DNA from: Octopus bimaculoides | Taxonomy: Eukaryota | Length of the DNA stretch: 41,160 bases | Direction: 5' to 3' | Assembly: GCF_001194135.2 (NCBI RefSeq) | Contig: NC_068998.1 | Coordinates: forward strand, 49,472,339 to 49,513,498 | Shown: in pieces, positions 9,880 through 22,037 of the stretch | Position numbering within the stretch: the first letter of the stretch is position 1 | Layout of the letters: each line of letters begins with the position of its first letter | Made by a program: the position numbers and the translations under genes | Notes under the pieces: generated by a model | Database searches by the model: none | What the model was told of the DNA's origin: nothing | What the model saw: the letters and a program-made list of their open reading frames with translations, nothing else

Positions 9880-10720
9880 AGACCTCAAGAGACAACAAGT
9901 TAGAAGTTCATGTAGGTGTTATGCCTAGGGTACCATATATTTCGATTTGTACAGTTTTATTATTATTATTATTAATTGAATCTCAAACATACGTAACAAT
10001 CTTACATATAGAAGACAGTCTCCTCCTTACCAACTTGGGACACACGGCATGAAATGTTATGTAGGAGAGTAGAAAATTGTAAATAGTAAAGAAAAATATA
10101 AAGAATTCTCCCACAAACACAATTCAAAAACAGAGCACAGAAGCGGAACAAAAATTACACCAACATGAACTACAATATCCAGAGTACTATCCAATCCACC
10201 ATCACCAACACCAACAGCAACACCATCTCTATAACCAACATCAACATCATAACAGACAACATTCCGATCACATCCGTACATTCGTCTGCAAGAACAACAA
10301 AAGCATGCACTACAGAGCAATAACCATTCAGAACTAAACTTTACTCCACTATATGCATAAACCAAAGTATATACACAAGTTAAAGATAGAAATTGGCCGA
10401 GGCAAGAAGCTCAACCGAGGGATTCTATCGGAAATATATTCCCAGAAAAGCACCCAGAAACTGACACAAGGACTTGACACAAGAAATGAGCAACCACATC
10501 TCATCCAAAAGCAAAAGGTAAGAGGTCTTTTCCAGTTTTGCAATGACTTCACTCAGAATAGACAGTAGAAATGTATATGGACTGTAGTCGTGCTGGAAGC
10601 AGGTGCACCTCTAGAATGACCTAAGGTTGTTGAACATAGATGTGCTAGCCATCAACAAGTCCAAAATAATAATAATATCGACAGCAAGGAGAGCTAGACT
10701 GGACATGAAGCGCCTAAGCC
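9880..10720 (+). mobile_element. L1/Tx1 fragment: ORF1 end (Thr/Asn-rich) and start of ORF2 endonuclease
   Basis: NVYGL*SCWKQVHL*NDLRLLNIDVLAINKSKI at about 10570-10670 matches APE motifs I-II; GHTA zinc-knuckle remnant near 10040. Confidence 0.65.
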
Positions 10721-10811
10721 AGTGGGGATCGAAAGCGACATGAACGCTTACATTGCTCCGAACACGTCCCATAAACTCAAATTGACCACCAACCAACTTC
10801 AGTCGAAGTAA

Positions 10812-10856
<45 letters not shown>

Positions 10857-12905
10857 TGAGTTTATTTCAGTTTCCGCTGACAAGCGTCTCTCGAATCGGG
10901 ACGAAATCTTTCGTGCAATGGGACTGAAATTGTAACCAAATGTATTGTTTCCACGCACTAAAGTCCGCAGTTGTGTTGAAATTTATTTGCATTCGTCCGA
11001 TTTTAAAGTTTTGTTTTGTCCTTTGTAAACATTTCATAGGATTTTCTTAATTATCTCTCACTCCTTTGTGATTGTAACAGTATTAACGTGTTGAGTAACA
11101 TGACCGTACAGACAAGAGACTGTGGCATTATATCCTGCTCACCGAAAATATATTCGTGGAATGTTTCATAAATCAAATCGATTCTTCGAGTTTCATATAA
11201 AAAGTAAACTTTTATGTCGAGGAAAGCATTTGTGTAAACATTTAAATGGGTTCCTAATACGTCAACGGACAGGTATACATGATTTTAATACGTTTCACAC
11301 AAACATAGTATCTAACAATTTGACGGTAGCTCTGCAAACAATACCCTCTAGCAATCTCCTTGCACCCATTTGAGAGAAGAAATGAAAAGTTAATAAAGTT
11401 GTTCTTGCTACAAATTTATTGTTTAACATTTAAAAAATTAACTTACGATAGTTAATCATTTCGTGATACATGTTTTCTTTTACAGCTGAATTTGAGATAA
11501 AACAAGAAGAAAACAGTTTATATATCTTTAATATTATTTAATAATGAGGAACTTCACTGCTCAAGTTCAGAATATTCGTCAGATTTCACCAGACCTGTAA
11601 CGTTATAAAAATGTGTTCAATAGTGTTTTTAGCAAAGGCATAATTTGGTTCTATGAAATAAACATGTAATTAGAAACGTAATATTTAAGGAAAAAGTATT
11701 CGTAACTGATTTCTTTGGGAGTTCTTGTGTTTGAAATCTCACCTCTTGCAAACCGGTGTTTATTTGTTTACATCCACGTGTCATTCGCAATTTGACAAAT
11801 TGCACCGATAGAATAAATACTGGGGTCGTTTTCTTCTGCAGAACCCTTAAATGCATACCCCCAACATGACCACAGTCCTACGAAAGAAACAAGCAAATAT
11901 GAAAAAGGAAGGAACAACTACATTACTGAGCAAAATTTGCTGTACAGTTCTTAAATATCACTCGCATTTTATATAGCTCACTTCGCGTATATCATACCAG
12001 GATTGTATTGGGACTTGTTCGATGTCATAAACAAATAATATGCAATAGTAAAATAGAGACATTTATGTTAAAATTGCAATAATTACCTAATTGTTAAACT
12101 GCTTCCATCAGCTTAATTTTTCAACGGAGGCGCTGAAACAAATATTTGATATATTAGGATTCATATTAATACCCCCTATTAAAAGTTCAATTTTTATCTC
12201 CAGAGATACTTTTATCAATTGGATACAAGTTCATTATACAAATACTTATGTGCTACGTTTTAAGTAACTGAAATATAATGAGGAATTAATGCAGATTTCT
12301 ATCTATTTCGTTATTGCGTTTAAAATTTGGGTGATGCTGTTTAAATCGAAGCATAATATAGTTTTCCTTCTTTTGTGTGAAATTCAAAAAAAAATTGCAA
12401 GCGAAATATCGGAAAATTGTTGCTTCGATTACACACAGAAAATTTGATCGATGTGCTCATATTACCACTTTAACATCTATTACCTAACATTTGTGTACCG
12501 AGTTAGAAACAAGAATCGGTATTATACGAGATCTAATTGATACAACAGTATAAGTGTACAGCATTTTGTTGTCATGCGCAGTCGATTTAATGGAAGACAA
12601 ATATTTCAATGATAAATATTGTTTCGGATTATGGGACATACCTTGTAGGATACGAATTTCAATTTTGAAATACCATGATGCCCATGGACACTATACGTGT
12701 TACTAGGTCCATTGTTTTGGGGAACGTTTCTCTTGCAACAACTTATAACCACTATCATTACAAAAAATGTCATATTATGTATTACAAATATGAATTTCAG
12801 TTGAATGAGAGAGAAAAGTTAGTACGCTATCGTCTCATAGATTAAACTAATGCAAATGTCATTTAGAATTAATTACGCAGAAAGAATGGAAATTAAAATA
12901 ATTAC

Positions 12906-12999
12906 ATTAGGTTGGCAGTTTGAAGTAAACTTTTTGAGGAAATTCTGAGCACATTCTGTATTCAAGTCGGTTAGACAAAAAGAATTATAAATCCAATTT
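12906..12999 (-). CDS. Paralogue 2 exon 3 (NWIYNSFCLTDLNTECAQNFLKKFTSNCQPN)
   Basis: Acceptor ttatcttacag, donor gtaatt, 94 nt. Confidence 0.88.
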
Positions 13000-14709
13000 C
13001 TGTAAGATAAATACAAAAGAGTTTTCATTTCCGATAAAACGTAATAAACAATGATGTTTATAAACATCATTGTAAAAAAATGGTAGAACTTTGCTTCTCG
13101 GACTACGAGAGCCTACCATTCATCCGGTTCTTATATCCGGTGTTTGGCAGAGTGCTTACTAGTTCTTGCATATAAAGCATATACTGATTTACATTGAATC
13201 GAATTCTCTTGTAACCGAAAAGTCTTCTGCTTCACGTGCAAAATTTCAATACTTGGGTGAATGCATAGAAACTTCTACATTTTGTATATTTGTCAGGGCA
13301 CTTTTTCTGATTACAAAAGAGACAAAATATTGTATATTAGATAAAGTATTTTAGACTAATATCTAATGGTCATGATTTAATAGCAATTAATAGTATCTAT
13401 ACTTATCCACTGATAAGTTTTGGTGCTTAAACTAATTCGAATATTCAAAGCCATTCCTATATTTAAACATTCGGTGATCGGAAGGTTTTTCGAAACAATG
13501 GCACATATAGATTTACGAGCAGTATAGTTAAATTGTTTCAGTTATTTGACTGTGAGCATGCTTGGACAACGCCTTGTAAATGAACTGGAGGCACCTCCAT
13601 ATAGCAGCAGCAAAAACAGTTGTAGCAAATGCGGCAGAAGCTTGTGGCCATGCAAACACCAATACCATCACCTCCAGAAGAAGTAACAGTGCCTCCGCTT
13701 CCATCCGTCACCAGGGCACAAACACCACCAACAAAGACACCCGTCGGAGCACCACCACCACCACTAGCAGTAACACTACCAATAGCAGCTACTACAGCAG
13801 TAGCAGCAGTAACAGATGAAACCCAACAAAACCAATGCACATAGAAAATTCCCCTTCCGATTCAGTACCGATGTCGTGAGAGGGGAATGACAGAGAGTCC
13901 CGTCCACCACCAAATAAAAAAAATGTAAGAAAAGGAGTAAACAGACAGTAGGAGAAAAACCCGGAGGGAGGCACAGAGAAGGGTAGCTACACAACAGTGC
14001 CGAAGTGCTTTCCTTTTCTCAGATACGATTCGTTGACTCCCACGGCTTTTAGGCCCATTGGATGGCTCGTTCTACCCTTTTCTTCTTTATATCTAAAATT
14101 CTAAAGATCACTGTTTTTCGATTGGTTTCCTTCATGAATTCCTGAAGGGTATCAAGGAAAACATTGTTTACGTCCTTCCTTAACAAGGCCTTTGCATTTT
14201 TTTTATTTCCTTAGTTTTTAAATTTATTATTTCCTTAGTTTGCTTCGTCACCGATGCAAGACCGTTGCCGCTTGATCTATTGCTGCTCGTCTTTCTGGTG
14301 GTGGTGGTGGTGGTGGTGGTGGTGGATGTGTTAGTGGTGGTGTTATCAATGTCATTCATTTCTTTTTCTTTTTTTTTTCTCCCTCCTTCTCATGTACAGA
14401 AACAATAATGGTGGTGAAAGCATTGAAGTCATGGGGTTTAACTGGCTGTTCAGCCCCCTGCTCTCCCACACTCGCTTAGTCGCCATTGTTGTTATATTTA
14501 AATCTTTCAAAATTCTCAGAGAAAAGTTTCGGACAAAAGTGGTTATTTAGCCCCTAATAGGGGAACTTTTTTCAACAAAAACTAGCTCTCTGTGCGGGCA
14601 GCCAGCTGGGAACAAAAATGAAACAATACTAATAAAAGGTCGAAATATCAGACTTAGAGATTTCAAATAACTTCTGGAGCTCCAAAGCGAAAGGAACAAA
14701 AACAACATC

Positions 14710-14761
<52 letters not shown>

Positions 14762-14826
14762 GTAACAGTAATAATAATAATAATAATAATAATAGTAACA
14801 GTAATAATAATAATAATAATAGTAAC

Positions 14827-14899
<73 letters not shown>

Positions 14900-15587
14900 G
14901 TAATAATAATAATAATAATACGTACGTGCATTGTGCACTGTATAACGATGTAACGGTAGACCTCTCTTTAGTCATGCAAAGACTAGCGACCAAAAGACCG
15001 CACTTGTATGGCGCTGCAACACCTAAATGATTTACTTATTTAATTAATAATAATTAATGGTACATATAATATACTAGGTTCTACAACATTATATTTAAAA
15101 ATAGAAGCGAAAACAAAGCAAAAATAACGAAGAGCTTATATAAAGCTAAATTCGGATCTCCATGTTCTCAGTATGCAATTATATGTGTTTGATGAATGAT
15201 GTCAATCTTGTTCTGCTTCCATTATGACTTCACATGTGACGATGTGGTACAATTATTTGGTATGTCATATTCTTTAATTCTTTTATTCTTTTATTTGTTT
15301 CAGTCATTTGTGTGTAGCCATGCTGGAGCAGCGCCTCGAATCGAACAAATCGAACCCAGGACTTTTTCCTTGTAAGCCCAGTACTCATCTTTTGCAGAAC
15401 CGCTAGCTTACGGGGATGTAAACACACCAACAACGGTTGTCAGTCAATAGTGGGTGTGGGGGAACTAACACAAACACACGAACATGCACTCGCACAAACG
15501 CACACACACTGACACATACACGACTGTTTTTTTTTTCAGGTTCCGTCCATCTAATCCACTCACAAGGCTTATATATTTATACACACA

Positions 15588-15619
<32 letters not shown>

Positions 15620-15717
15620 NNNNNNNNNNNNNNNNNNNNNNNNNNNNNNNNNNNNNNNNNNNNNNNNNNNNNNNNNNNNNNNNNNNNNNNNNNNNNNNNN
15701 NNNNNNNNNNNNNNNNN

Positions 15718-15765
<48 letters not shown>

Positions 15766-16402
15766 TCAGCCTGTCTGTGCATAGATGTGAACATACATAC
15801 ATACAGGAAAACATGCTCTCAAACATACATAAACTCACATATATACTGATGACATCTGTTACCACGTGACTGAATTAATTTCTTGCAAAATGGAATAATA
15901 TTGTTTCATCATTTTTCAATCATTGCTACAGGTTATCTCAGTTCTTTGGATTTCTACTTCAGAAATCTTCCAAACGTTTTCTATAGGTTTGAGAACGGGA
16001 CCTTCAGGGCGTCTCTCACAAGCTGACATATTGACAGTTTGCTATTCCAAAATTGGAAGATCATTAGAAGTAACTCATAGCATATTTACAGACTTCTAAA
16101 CAACAAATAAGTTGGTTATTAGGTCATGCTTTCTAAACGACACTTAAGTCTTGGACGTTGCAATTAAGAAAATCGTTTGTTTAGTTCCGCATTACGAAAT
16201 ATTCCATTCGCTTGAGATTTTCCCGAAAGATAGAGTTTAGATGCCTCTAAATATAGGTAAACTATCTCGTGACAACTTTCTTTCAATGATAACTATTTCA
16301 ATACACTTGCTGTTACTGACCCGTATATTTTGGCACCTACTGTATATATATATGTATATTTATGTATATATATAGCTTATCATTACTGATATTATTATTA
16401 AA

Positions 16403-16464
<62 letters not shown>

Positions 16465-16891
16465 GTTGGTTTTTTTTTCTTCTTTCTTCAAATTTTCTTC
16501 CATTTCTCGCCGAGTGTTTTCCGTACACCAAGGGCAGAGAAACTCNNNNNNNNNNATGTATTTAAAAAATAATTTAAAAAAATTCATGAATGGATGTTGT
16601 TTCCACAGCGATAATGCTATTCTCAGTACATGAGTCGTTCCAGTTAACACGATTTTTTTCACTTCCTGTAGGGATGGTAAGCCTGGTATCATTTTCAAAT
16701 AGGCTTCAGTAACTTTTTTTAACATTCCTAGAGATCCTACAATCACTGGTACGGTAGTCGCCTTGAGGTGCCACATGTTTTCAATTTCTATTAGCAAGTC
16801 TTTATATTTACTTATCTTGTCAAATTCTTTCGCCGCTATATTATAATCACAGGGAATACTCATGTCAATTAATAAACACGTCTTCTTTCTC

Positions 16892-16931
<40 letters not shown>

Positions 16932-18469
16932 GTTATTATTATTATGACACACAACAGATTGTTCCTTGGGTTCCTTAGGCCATGGCAATTCCAGTCCTGG
17001 CGTTAGGAGTGAGACTTCATTCAGCGACATCAAAATTTCTTAGGCTTCATGACTGCACAAGAGGCTGATTAAACCTATGAGTCTGGCGGGCTTTTGAAGG
17101 ATTTTGGAAGCAGAGTGGAGGAACGCTGGTGAGTGTAACTGTGTGTAGATATACGCCATGTGTATGACCATGTGGTTAAGTGACTATGTTATTAGTTTCA
17201 TGGGTTAGTTTATATGCAAATTTTTCCTGTGAGCGAACTAATATAAGGGCCTTAGTGTTTGTTGTATACGCGTTCTCGAACGTGTTTAGAGTGTATATTT
17301 GGTGAAATGGGCTGAAGTATGTACATACCTGAATTTGTGCATAAACGTCTGAGTGCATCTTTGTCGGGAAAAACATATGCCTACTTGAGATTTGTATTGT
17401 GTGTGTGTGTGTGTGTATACAAACGTACACACACATATACATGTTTTCGGCAGATGTATGCTTAGTGTACATATACGACATGTAGTAAAATAAGAGTTAC
17501 TATCTTAAATGGTCCAATATTTCGGGGTATTCTCATTGTATTCAAAACATTTGTGAATGGAAATTGAACCTGAGTCCTATATTATTCCTTTGGCATTTGG
17601 ACAACATTTATTAAATAAATTCCCTAAATGAAATAAATTCACTAAACATAAATTTTGTCTACATTTAAAAATATATACAAAACTAAAATTAAGCCAATTA
17701 GATGACCTCGTTTTGAAACGGGGAATTCATTTCTGAATTCTAGCCGCTCATTTGATTGTGATAAAAATTATTATGAATTTGAAAAGAGACATTGCTGATA
17801 GAATCATGATTTTAATTTTTTTATATTTAAATTCTTTTTATTCTCAGACCTATTAATTTTTATTCCGTACACACCCTATATAATTATTCGTTTTTTGTTG
17901 TAATAATAATAATGATGTAACACCACAATATGATGCTAGCCACTTCTTCGTGAGTTGTAATTTACAGTGATTTTGATTGTTTTTGTCGACGCCTTGTTTT
18001 ATTTGTTACATTACCTTGCAGCATTTGTGAATGTTATTGTAGGTTTTACTGCTTAAAAGACTGTTCATTGCTTCTTTGAAGTATTTGTTTTTCATTCCCC
18101 GTTGGGAGATTAATTACTTAACAAACCTGTTGTGCGGCGATAAGCCGATAGAAAATGTTCAAAATATTATGTCAGAAACGGAAGAGATTTCAAGTGCGAC
18201 AGAGGGTTCTCCAAAGGACTCCAAAAAAGCAAATATTGTGCGAAAAAGAATTACAGACATACCAAGTCTACAAAAAGAAGATAATAAGAAAAAAAGTTTT
18301 GCGTCTGCAACCGGAAATCGAAACCGACTCATATATGCATTTCTTCTTTATACGTTTTTTATAGGATTTCACACGTTTTTTGTTTAAGATGTATTCTTAT
18401 TCTACGGTGTGAATGTATGTGTTCGATTTGAAGTTGTGTGACCAATTGTGTCGATTAATTTTTAACTAC

Positions 18470-18513
<44 letters not shown>

Positions 18514-18599
18514 NNNNNNNNNNNNNNNNNNNNNNNNNNNNNNNNNNNNNNNNNNNNNNNNNNNNNNNNNNNNNNNNNNNNNNNNNNNNNNNNNNNNNN

Positions 18600-18633
<34 letters not shown>

Positions 18634-18774
18634 AAATTCATTTCTTTGTAATCATTTAATACATGAATAAAGTTTCTGTATTTACACAGCAGATGTATAT
18701 AGGAAAAAGAGAAAGAAAAATCAGTATTGGAACTTACTTTCAAAGAGAAGACAAAGGAATAATAAAGTTTTCAT
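12906..18774 (-). CDS. Paralogue 2; join 18774-18738, 15022-14926, 12999-12906; 3' end unresolved
   Basis: Spliced translation MKTLLFLCLLFESVAAPYKCGLLVASLCMTKERSTVTSLYSAQCTNWIYNSFCLTDLNTECAQNFLKKFTSNCQPN; all introns GT-AG, phases 1 and 2. Confidence 0.85.
13570..13990 (+). other. Copy-specific low-complexity (Pro/Thr/Ala-rich) insert, possibly a LINE ORF1 remnant
   Basis: GC-richer insert absent from other A/E junctions; no diagnostic motif. Confidence 0.35.
14926..15022 (-). CDS. Paralogue 2 exon 2 (SVAAPYKCGLLVASLCMTKERSTVTSLYSAQC-T)
   Basis: Acceptor aaatcatttag, donor gtacgt, 97 nt; length differs from other copies by multiples of 3. Confidence 0.85.
15870..16300 (-). mobile_element. 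Probable Tc1-like transposase remnant
   Basis: Minus strand PVLKPIENVWKI (about 16010-15970) resembles the Tc1 SPDLNPIENxW motif; heavily degraded. Confidence 0.45.
16560..16890 (-). mobile_element. 3' end of an R4/Dong-type (RLE) non-LTR retrotransposon
   Basis: LIDMSIPCD.NIAAKEFDKISKYKDLLIEIENMWHLKATTVPVIVGSLG is the PD-(D/E)xK restriction-like endonuclease C-terminus; (TAA)n tracts on both sides. Confidence 0.85.
16960..17900. repeat. Segmental repeat block C (intron 1); copies about 8190-8620 (partial), 21580-22510, 26700-27600 and 37960-38633 with 39560-39700
   Basis: Shared motifs such as gcagagtggaggaacgctggtgagtgtaactg and atcttaaatggtccaatatttc. Confidence 0.85.
18120..18330 (+). 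mobile_element. Possible LINE ORF1 N-terminal fragment replacing most of the normal intron-1 segment in paralogue 2
   Basis: MSETEEISSATEGSPKDSKK...KKSFASAT; SFAS/SYAS-type motif is common in ORF1; no other support. Confidence 0.3.
18738..18774 (-). CDS. Paralogue 2 exon 1 (MKTLLFLCLLFE)
   Basis: 37 nt, donor gtaagt. Confidence 0.82.
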
Positions 18775-19239
18775 GACTTTTCTTTTATGCGTTAAAATAA
18801 ACGAATGGAGTTATGTCAATCATGAAAGTTATATTGTTACATGTGATGATATGTAGTTTAACATACGCCAGACACCAGTAAAACAAAACAGCGCAAATTC
18901 AATTAAGACTGTCAAAATAAATTACAATGCGACAATAGTTCTTTCGCCTGAATACATAATAGTCGAATAACGATTTATACCTGGATACATAAATAAAAAC
19001 TTACAGTTGGATATTTATTTCTCTCTTTAGATAATTATATAACCTATAGTCAATAGATCTTAAGNNNNNNNNNNNNNNNNNNNNNNNNNNNNNNNNNNNN
19101 NNNNNNNNNNNNNNNNNNNNNNNNNNNNNNNNNNNNNNNNNNNNNNNNNNNNNNNNNNNNNNNNNNNNNNNNNNNNNNNNNNNNNNNNNNNNNNNNNNNN
19201 NNNNNNNNNNNNNNNNNNNNNNNNNNNNNNNNNNNNTTG

Positions 19240-20460
19240 TCGACGACAAGAGCCAACCTTTTGGCTAATACATTGGCCAAAATCTCCAACTCTGCATTAA
19301 GCAGTATGATGGGCATGTAACTTTCTAAAACATCCTTGTTTCTGACCTCATAGCCCCTCGACATAGAAATGTAAGAAATGTTCTATTCTGCTGCCAGTGG
19401 CAGAAAACGTCTGCTAAGAAGGGCGCAAACAAGTCTGGCATGGATATATACATCTGGAAGCGCAGACCGTCCAAACCCATCCATCTTACTCTCGTGCAGC
19501 TCTTCAACACTTCCTGTAAGACTGCTGCTGTTATTGGCCTTTCGCAGTACTCCGCCTTGCAAGTAGAGAGTCGTGGTAGGATATCCAAGTGGATACCGAA
19601 GTCTGCCCTGTTATCCGTCCTACCATTCATCCTGAACATTCAAGAAAGTAGCATACATCTGTTTTATTTGGAACATCACGCGCCCGTTCTAGTCCACCGA
19701 AGACCGAATGGTGGCTTTGTGGTCAGGTTCTCTCTACGTCACAAGGGCCCATCGTGACGTGCTTTAGCCCTCACAATGCAACTTTCCATTTTGGCATCGA
19801 AAGTTTATTAGAGGTCAAACTTCGCTGCCAACATATTAACTGCGATACCTGTCCCTAGCGCCTTATCTAACATTCTAACTAGATCTCCTCTATTCTATTG
19901 TCTCTATCGCTAAAGCATTGCTAAATATACTCGATTCTTCTCTTATAGCCCTTTTAAAAGAAAATGATCAGTTGTTGTTGATGATAGCGCCCGAGATCGA
20001 CCTCTTAACTAAAATTCTAATCTGTTCTCTTTAAGATTGAAACGCAAGTAACATGATCAGTTTCCAATGACAAGGATCCTGTATAGACAGCTTATCTCAG
20101 TCAACCATAAACATCTCACACTTGTGATCTCTGTACCGACTAAGTGATTTTGTAGACAACATATACTATCTTTATCCGCTTGCTTAGAGAAGACTCTATC
20201 TAAATGCAATCTAGGTCATTCTATGCGATTTGTCCAAGTCCACACAGACAATTTAGGGCAATCTACACGGTACCTCTCAGACAACTGAAAACCTGAGCAG
20301 GTTTTTGAGGCTATTGCACCCGTCTCCTTTTCCCTACATAGGAATCTTTATCTACTCTAGCTAACTCCAAGCAGACTTCTGCTGATATTAGCACACTCTC
20401 GCCTTCCTTTCTTGGTAATTGGAACCTGGCGAATTCTGCCCTTGCATGGAGTCTTCCATT
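19240..20460 (-). mobile_element. L1/Tx1 ORF2 fragment (endonuclease end to RT start)
   Basis: RPITAAVLQEVLKSC..GLDGL..QMYISMPDLF; PIILLNAELEILANVLAKRLALVVD. Confidence 0.85.
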
Positions 20461-20619
20461 CATATGGAATTCCTTCCTAGTTCTTCACTTCAGTTTTTCT
20501 CACTCGGTTTTTGTCCGATCTACAAAAGCTGTTGCGTATCTAATAACACTGCTGCTTAGATATTTACAGCAATCGTTATGTTTGGACCATTTAGGTTTGA
20601 CTGCATTACCTCCCTCACC

Positions 20620-21470
20620 ATTTTCATGTACTCCTTAATTTTCATTACTAAAAATTGTAATACTCCTAGATATTATTAACTCTCCTGTTCATCCAAGGAT
20701 TTTAATGCTTGGACATGCGGTGATTAGACTCCTTCCATATTGACTACCTGTCCCCATTCTCATGAATAATATTGCACACTTAACTCCGCCAAATTCTATG
20801 ACTATATCGTGAAGAATCGTAGTCTGTTTTAAAGAATCTCTCTCCTTTTCATTCTTACTAAAAACATTTTGATCATCCATGTAGACTAAATGGTTAATTT
20901 TTCACTCCTATTTCTGAACGTATACACTGTCTATGAATCTTTCAGTACTAAACTAAGCGGTATCAAACATAAGACAAATATGAAAAGGGATAACGAGTCT
21001 CATTGGAAAATTCCTATCTTTCTCTAAGTCAGTGACATCTGAATAGAAATCTACCTTGCATTTCTTCATGCTAAAGATAATTAATTTGCTCATTTTGTCT
21101 GCAGCTCTCAATATACTTAAACATTCTGTTACCCATGAATGTGGGATCATACCATAGATCTTCATATAATATAGCCATGCTATTGTCACATTATCCTTTC
21201 TAGATTTTACTTAATTCAGAACTTCTTTGTGTGTGTATAATGTCTGTTCTGGTTGTAAATTCTGATTGTTAATGTGCTCGTAAATGCTTCCTGAAAGCAT
21301 TCCTGTTAACAACTTCCACACGAACGTTAAGCAAAATTTGGGTCTATAATTGCTAACTAAACTAGCATTGGTTTTATTTATCACAATGTTTTCTCTCTAT
21401 TCATCCAGTCTTGTATTATTGCTCTATGAAAGCAATCCTGAAGTTGTTCTCACAACTTCCTCATGAGATT
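20620..21470 (-). mobile_element. R4/Dong-type RT fragment
   Basis: VSNYRPKFCLTFVWKLLTG, AWLYYMKIYGMIPHSW..EC, MDDQNVFSKNEKE.DSL are degenerate RT domains; related piece at 25750-26010. Confidence 0.8.
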
Positions 21471-21962
21471 TAAAATTTCGTAGGCTTCTAACAGAATCCT
21501 AGCTTTTACTAATTCGACAATCAAGGATAGCCTGAGGAAAATGTGTTCCTTAGGTCAAAACATTCCCAGTACTAGTGTAGGAAACCAGAATGCATTTCAG
21601 CGACACCAAACTTTATTTGGCCGCATTACTGCACAAGGAACCTGGAAGCAGAGTGAAGGAACGCTTGTGAGTGTAACTGTGTCTTAAGCACCATATGTTT
21701 GAGCATGTTACTTTGTCTTGGGTTTGATGGGTGATTATATATGTAAGTTTTTTGAGTAAGTGTACCAATATGAGTGCCTTTGTTGTATACGCATGCCTGC
21801 TGGAACGTGTTTAATGTACATATATGGAGATTTGTGCAAAAGTATATACATACTTGAATTTGTGCTCAAACGTCTGAGTGCCTCTTTGTGTAGAAAAGTA
21901 TATATGGCTGAATGTGTTTCGTCTTGTGTGACCATGTCTGTACAAAAAGACAGACGGACAGA

Positions 21963-22037
<75 letters not shown>

